In this document: one piece after another, positions 61,543 through 64,000 of the stretch
Numbering within the stretch: position 1 is the first letter of the stretch
Layout: each line of letters starts with the position of its first letter
NCBI GenBank assembly: GCA_965234725.1
Contig: CBDDUX010000032.1
Location: forward strand, 1 to 64,000
Reading direction: 5' to 3'
DNA: 64,000 nucleotides
Source: Thermoplasmatota archaeon
Lineage (GTDB): Archaea; Thermoplasmatota; Penumbrarchaeia; Penumbrarchaeales; Penumbrarchaeaceae
Translations under genes and position numbers: made by a program
Notes under the pieces: model-generated
Told to the model about the DNA's origin: nothing
Seen by the model: only the letters and a program-made list of their open reading frames with translations
Database searches by the model: none

Positions 61543-64000
61543 TTGTTACTTTCGAACTCAGTGGATAGGAGGACGGTGGAGAGATGTGACGGAGGAAGAG
61601 AGATCGTCTTCGAACTTTTCTCACGTCCCCTATCCGAGCAATACCAAAACCTTCTTGTGATGCCTGGTGAGGGTGTTTCACTTTCCGCCAAGGTGCACCT
61701 TTTAGAGGTGGGTGGAGGCATATCCGGTAATATCCTTACTCCCAGGAAACTGGCGGAAAGGATCTACGATCTTTCAGGCTCCGAACTCCCTGTTCTTGAC
61801 CTATCCGCAAGGGAGATCCTGGTAAAGAGGATACTCGGATCTGAAGATTTCCCCCGACTCAAGGCAAGGGGACCTCCGAGATTGAAAATGGCCAGGTATA
61901 TCTCGAAGGAGATAGGTGAACTGATCCAGGGAAATGTGGATCCATCGGAGTTGAAAGGAGGAAGGAAAGATGACCTTAGATCGGTCCTCTCGAAATATCT
62001 TGAAGAGCTCAAGGCCAGGGAACTTGTGGATCCCGAGCAGGTCCCATTCCTGGCAGCAGAGTGGATCGATAATGGGGGCAATATTCCATGGAAAAGGATG
62101 GCCTTGTACATTCTCGGGGAGCAGCCGGTCTCCCATAGGAGGATCATTGAAGCCTTGATGAAAAGAATGGACAAGGTGATCTCAGTGGATCATGCTTCTA
62201 CTACAGGAGCCCCTTCCCAGATCTCCATACCACCCAGGGGAAAAAGAGGGCGTCAGGTCCTGAAAGCACAGACCGGAGTAAAGACCCTCCGGGCTCCTAC
62301 CCCCTGGGAGGAGGTAGGATCGATCGCCAGGTACATCAAGGACAGGATCCTGAAAGGAGACCTTGAACCCTGGGAGATCTCCGTGGTGTTCCCGTCCAGG
62401 AGGCAGTATGATCATTTGATTAGGGTCCTTTTCGAGAGGTACGGATTACCGCTTCAGATGGGGAAGGACCTTCGTCTGGATTCGGTTCCCTCTGTCAAGG
62501 TCATTATAGACATACTCAGATGCCACCTGGACAACTATCCAAGGGATGGCATTCTCAAACCTCTTTCAACAGGTCTGATATATCTTCCAGATGACCTTGA
62601 CTGGAAGGACCTCGAGAGGATAACTCGGACCTTCCATATTCTCGGAGGGGGGAAGGATCCAATTCACGATTGGGTGGACATACTGAGTGAAGTATCAAAG
62701 GATGAGGATCAGGAAAGAACGATCAGGGATCAGGCGAACGCCTGGTCGTCCTGGATGTCCGACCTTATATTGAGGTTGAAAGTGGTATGTGATGGAAAAG
62801 TAACTGTCAGGGAAAGATGCAAAGGTGTGGATTCGCTGATAACCTTCCTCGGGATAGAAAAGGGTCTTCCCGAAACTGATGAACATGGGGGAAATGTTCA
62901 GACCGAAGGGATTGACAGGTTCTCGATCAGTTTGAGGTCCTTAATCAGGAGGTCCTCTCTTCTTGACCAGGGTATAATGGATATGGATGATTTCATGGAG
63001 GTCCTCTCCCTGGAGCTCGAGAAAGAGAAGCTATCGACACTTCCCAGGGGTAGGGGGATCAAGGTCCTTGGACTCGAAGGTGCTGTCGGAGAGAATTTCA
63101 GGTTGTGCATCATCGGAGGCCTCAATTCAGGATCAATACCCTCGCCTCCATCAGGATTCAGGATGATCACCGAAAAGGAAAGGATAGACCTCGGAATGAG
63201 TGAGATAACCACCAGAAGGAAACAGTTGGAGGACCTTTGCACTGTGATCTGTTCCTCTGAAGAAGCAGTGATCTCCTATCATGATGAAGAAAAGGGGAGA
63301 CCGGTGATGATATCACCCTTCATCGAGGAACTTGAAAGAGATGAGTTAGAGGTCCCGGGTGGTCTTTTTTCGTTGACGGATGTTTCCATGAGAATTGGGG
63401 AGCTTTCCGATCCCTCTTTTCATCTCTATGATAAGAGGGTGGAGATTGTTGATGAGCTGATGTACGATACCGAGGCCCTGATCGGGATCCTTGGAGAGGA
63501 CCGATCAAAGATGACCAGGAAGGGTCTGATCGCCAGGTCCATGAGGTTATCATCCGGGAAGAACCCTTTCAACGGATCTGTGATGGAGGACCAGAATGTG
63601 AACCTCCTCAGGAGCAGGTTCGGACCGGACCACATCTGGTCAGCTTCCCGGCTTGAGACGTACAGGGAATGTCCCTATGTTTTCTTCATCAAATATGTGA
63701 TCGGTGTGAAAGAGAGAGAGGACCTGGAGCCTGGTGTGCCTCCCGAAAGGAAGGGACTGATATTCCATTCCATCGCAGAGAGGTTCTACGAGAAATGGAC
63801 TTCGGCAGGACGCAGAAGGGTCCTCCCGGGGGACCTTCCCCTTGCCCGGGAGGTCATGAAGGAGGTCTCCTTCGAGGTCCTTTCAAAGCATAACTATTGT
63901 GGACCCTACTGGGACGCATTGAAGGACCTGCTCCTCGGGACAGAAGTCGAGGAGGGCCTGTTGGATGAGTTCCTGGATGTGGAAGCATCTTACAGTGGTC
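61543..64000 (+). CDS. AddB-like helicase/nuclease subunit (PD-(D/E)XK family), partial, runs off the window
   Basis: Not in the ORF track (no stop within the window). Frame 1 from TTG 61543 after GGAGGA; contains EEVGSIARYI, EISVVFP, SPFIEEL and WSASRLETYRECPYVFF...GLIFH. Confidence 0.82.
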   Translation, partial: MLLSNSVDRRTVERCDGGREIVFELFSRPLSEQYQNLLVMPGEGVSLSAKVHLLEVGGGISGNILTPRKLAERIYDLSGSELPVLDLSAREILVKRILGSEDFPRLKARGPPRLKMARYISKEIGELIQGNVDPSELKGGRKDDLRSVLSKYLEELKARELVDPEQVPFLAAEWIDNGGNIPWKRMALYILGEQPVSHRRIIEALMKRMDKVISVDHASTTGAPSQISIPPRGKRGRQVLKAQTGVKTLRAPTPWEEVGSIARYIKDRILKGDLEPWEISVVFPSRRQYDHLIRVLFERYGLPLQMGKDLRLDSVPSVKVIIDILRCHLDNYPRDGILKPLSTGLIYLPDDLDWKDLERITRTFHILGGGKDPIHDWVDILSEVSKDEDQERTIRDQANAWSSWMSDLILRLKVVCDGKVTVRERCKGVDSLITFLGIEKGLPETDEHGGNVQTEGIDRFSISLRSLIRRSSLLDQGIMDMDDFMEVLSLELEKEKLSTLPRGRGIKVLGLEGAVGENFRLCIIGGLNSGSIPSPPSGFRMITEKERIDLGMSEITTRRKQLEDLCTVICSSEEAVISYHDEEKGRPVMISPFIEELERDELEVPGGLFSLTDVSMRIGELSDPSFHLYDKRVEIVDELMYDTEALIGILGEDRSKMTRKGLIARSMRLSSGKNPFNGSVMEDQNVNLLRSRFGPDHIWSASRLETYRECPYVFFIKYVIGVKEREDLEPGVPPERKGLIFHSIAERFYEKWTSAGRRRVLPGDLPLAREVMKEVSFEVLSKHNYCGPYWDALKDLLLGTEVEEGLLDEFLDVEASYSG

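Overview
Archaeal chromosomal window, most consistent with Thermoplasmatota (inferred from the unsplit rpoB, the N-terminally extended RpoA'' and a tandem-RHH gene next to an ftsZ-type gene). It holds core housekeeping loci: K+ channel-sua5-map-purM; tRNA-Lys-rpoH-rpoB-rpoA'-rpoA''-rpl30e; ftsZ-secE-spt5; pyrD-pyrK; ABCE1; eno-prs-mptA. These alternate with accessory blocks of cell-surface proteins, transporters and small enzymes, and the window ends inside an AddB-like nuclease gene. No rRNA, CRISPR array or transposase is visible. Most notable: (1) an RNA polymerase A'' subunit with about 380 residues ahead of the conserved core, including an HhH-like module and a separate globular domain that looks PUA/EVE/ASCH-like; (2) a tandem-RHH regulator, a small protein and an FtsZ paralog in which every GTP-binding/catalytic loop is degenerate, with candidate operator motifs shared with the region upstream of canonical ftsZ; (3) a tRNA-Lys(UUU) with a 38-nt intron in the D-loop at a relaxed bulge-helix-loop junction; (4) a CysRS paralog lacking the anticodon-binding domain, with altered zinc ligands, co-oriented with a GNAT. 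All family assignments come from motif recognition by eye; no searches were run.
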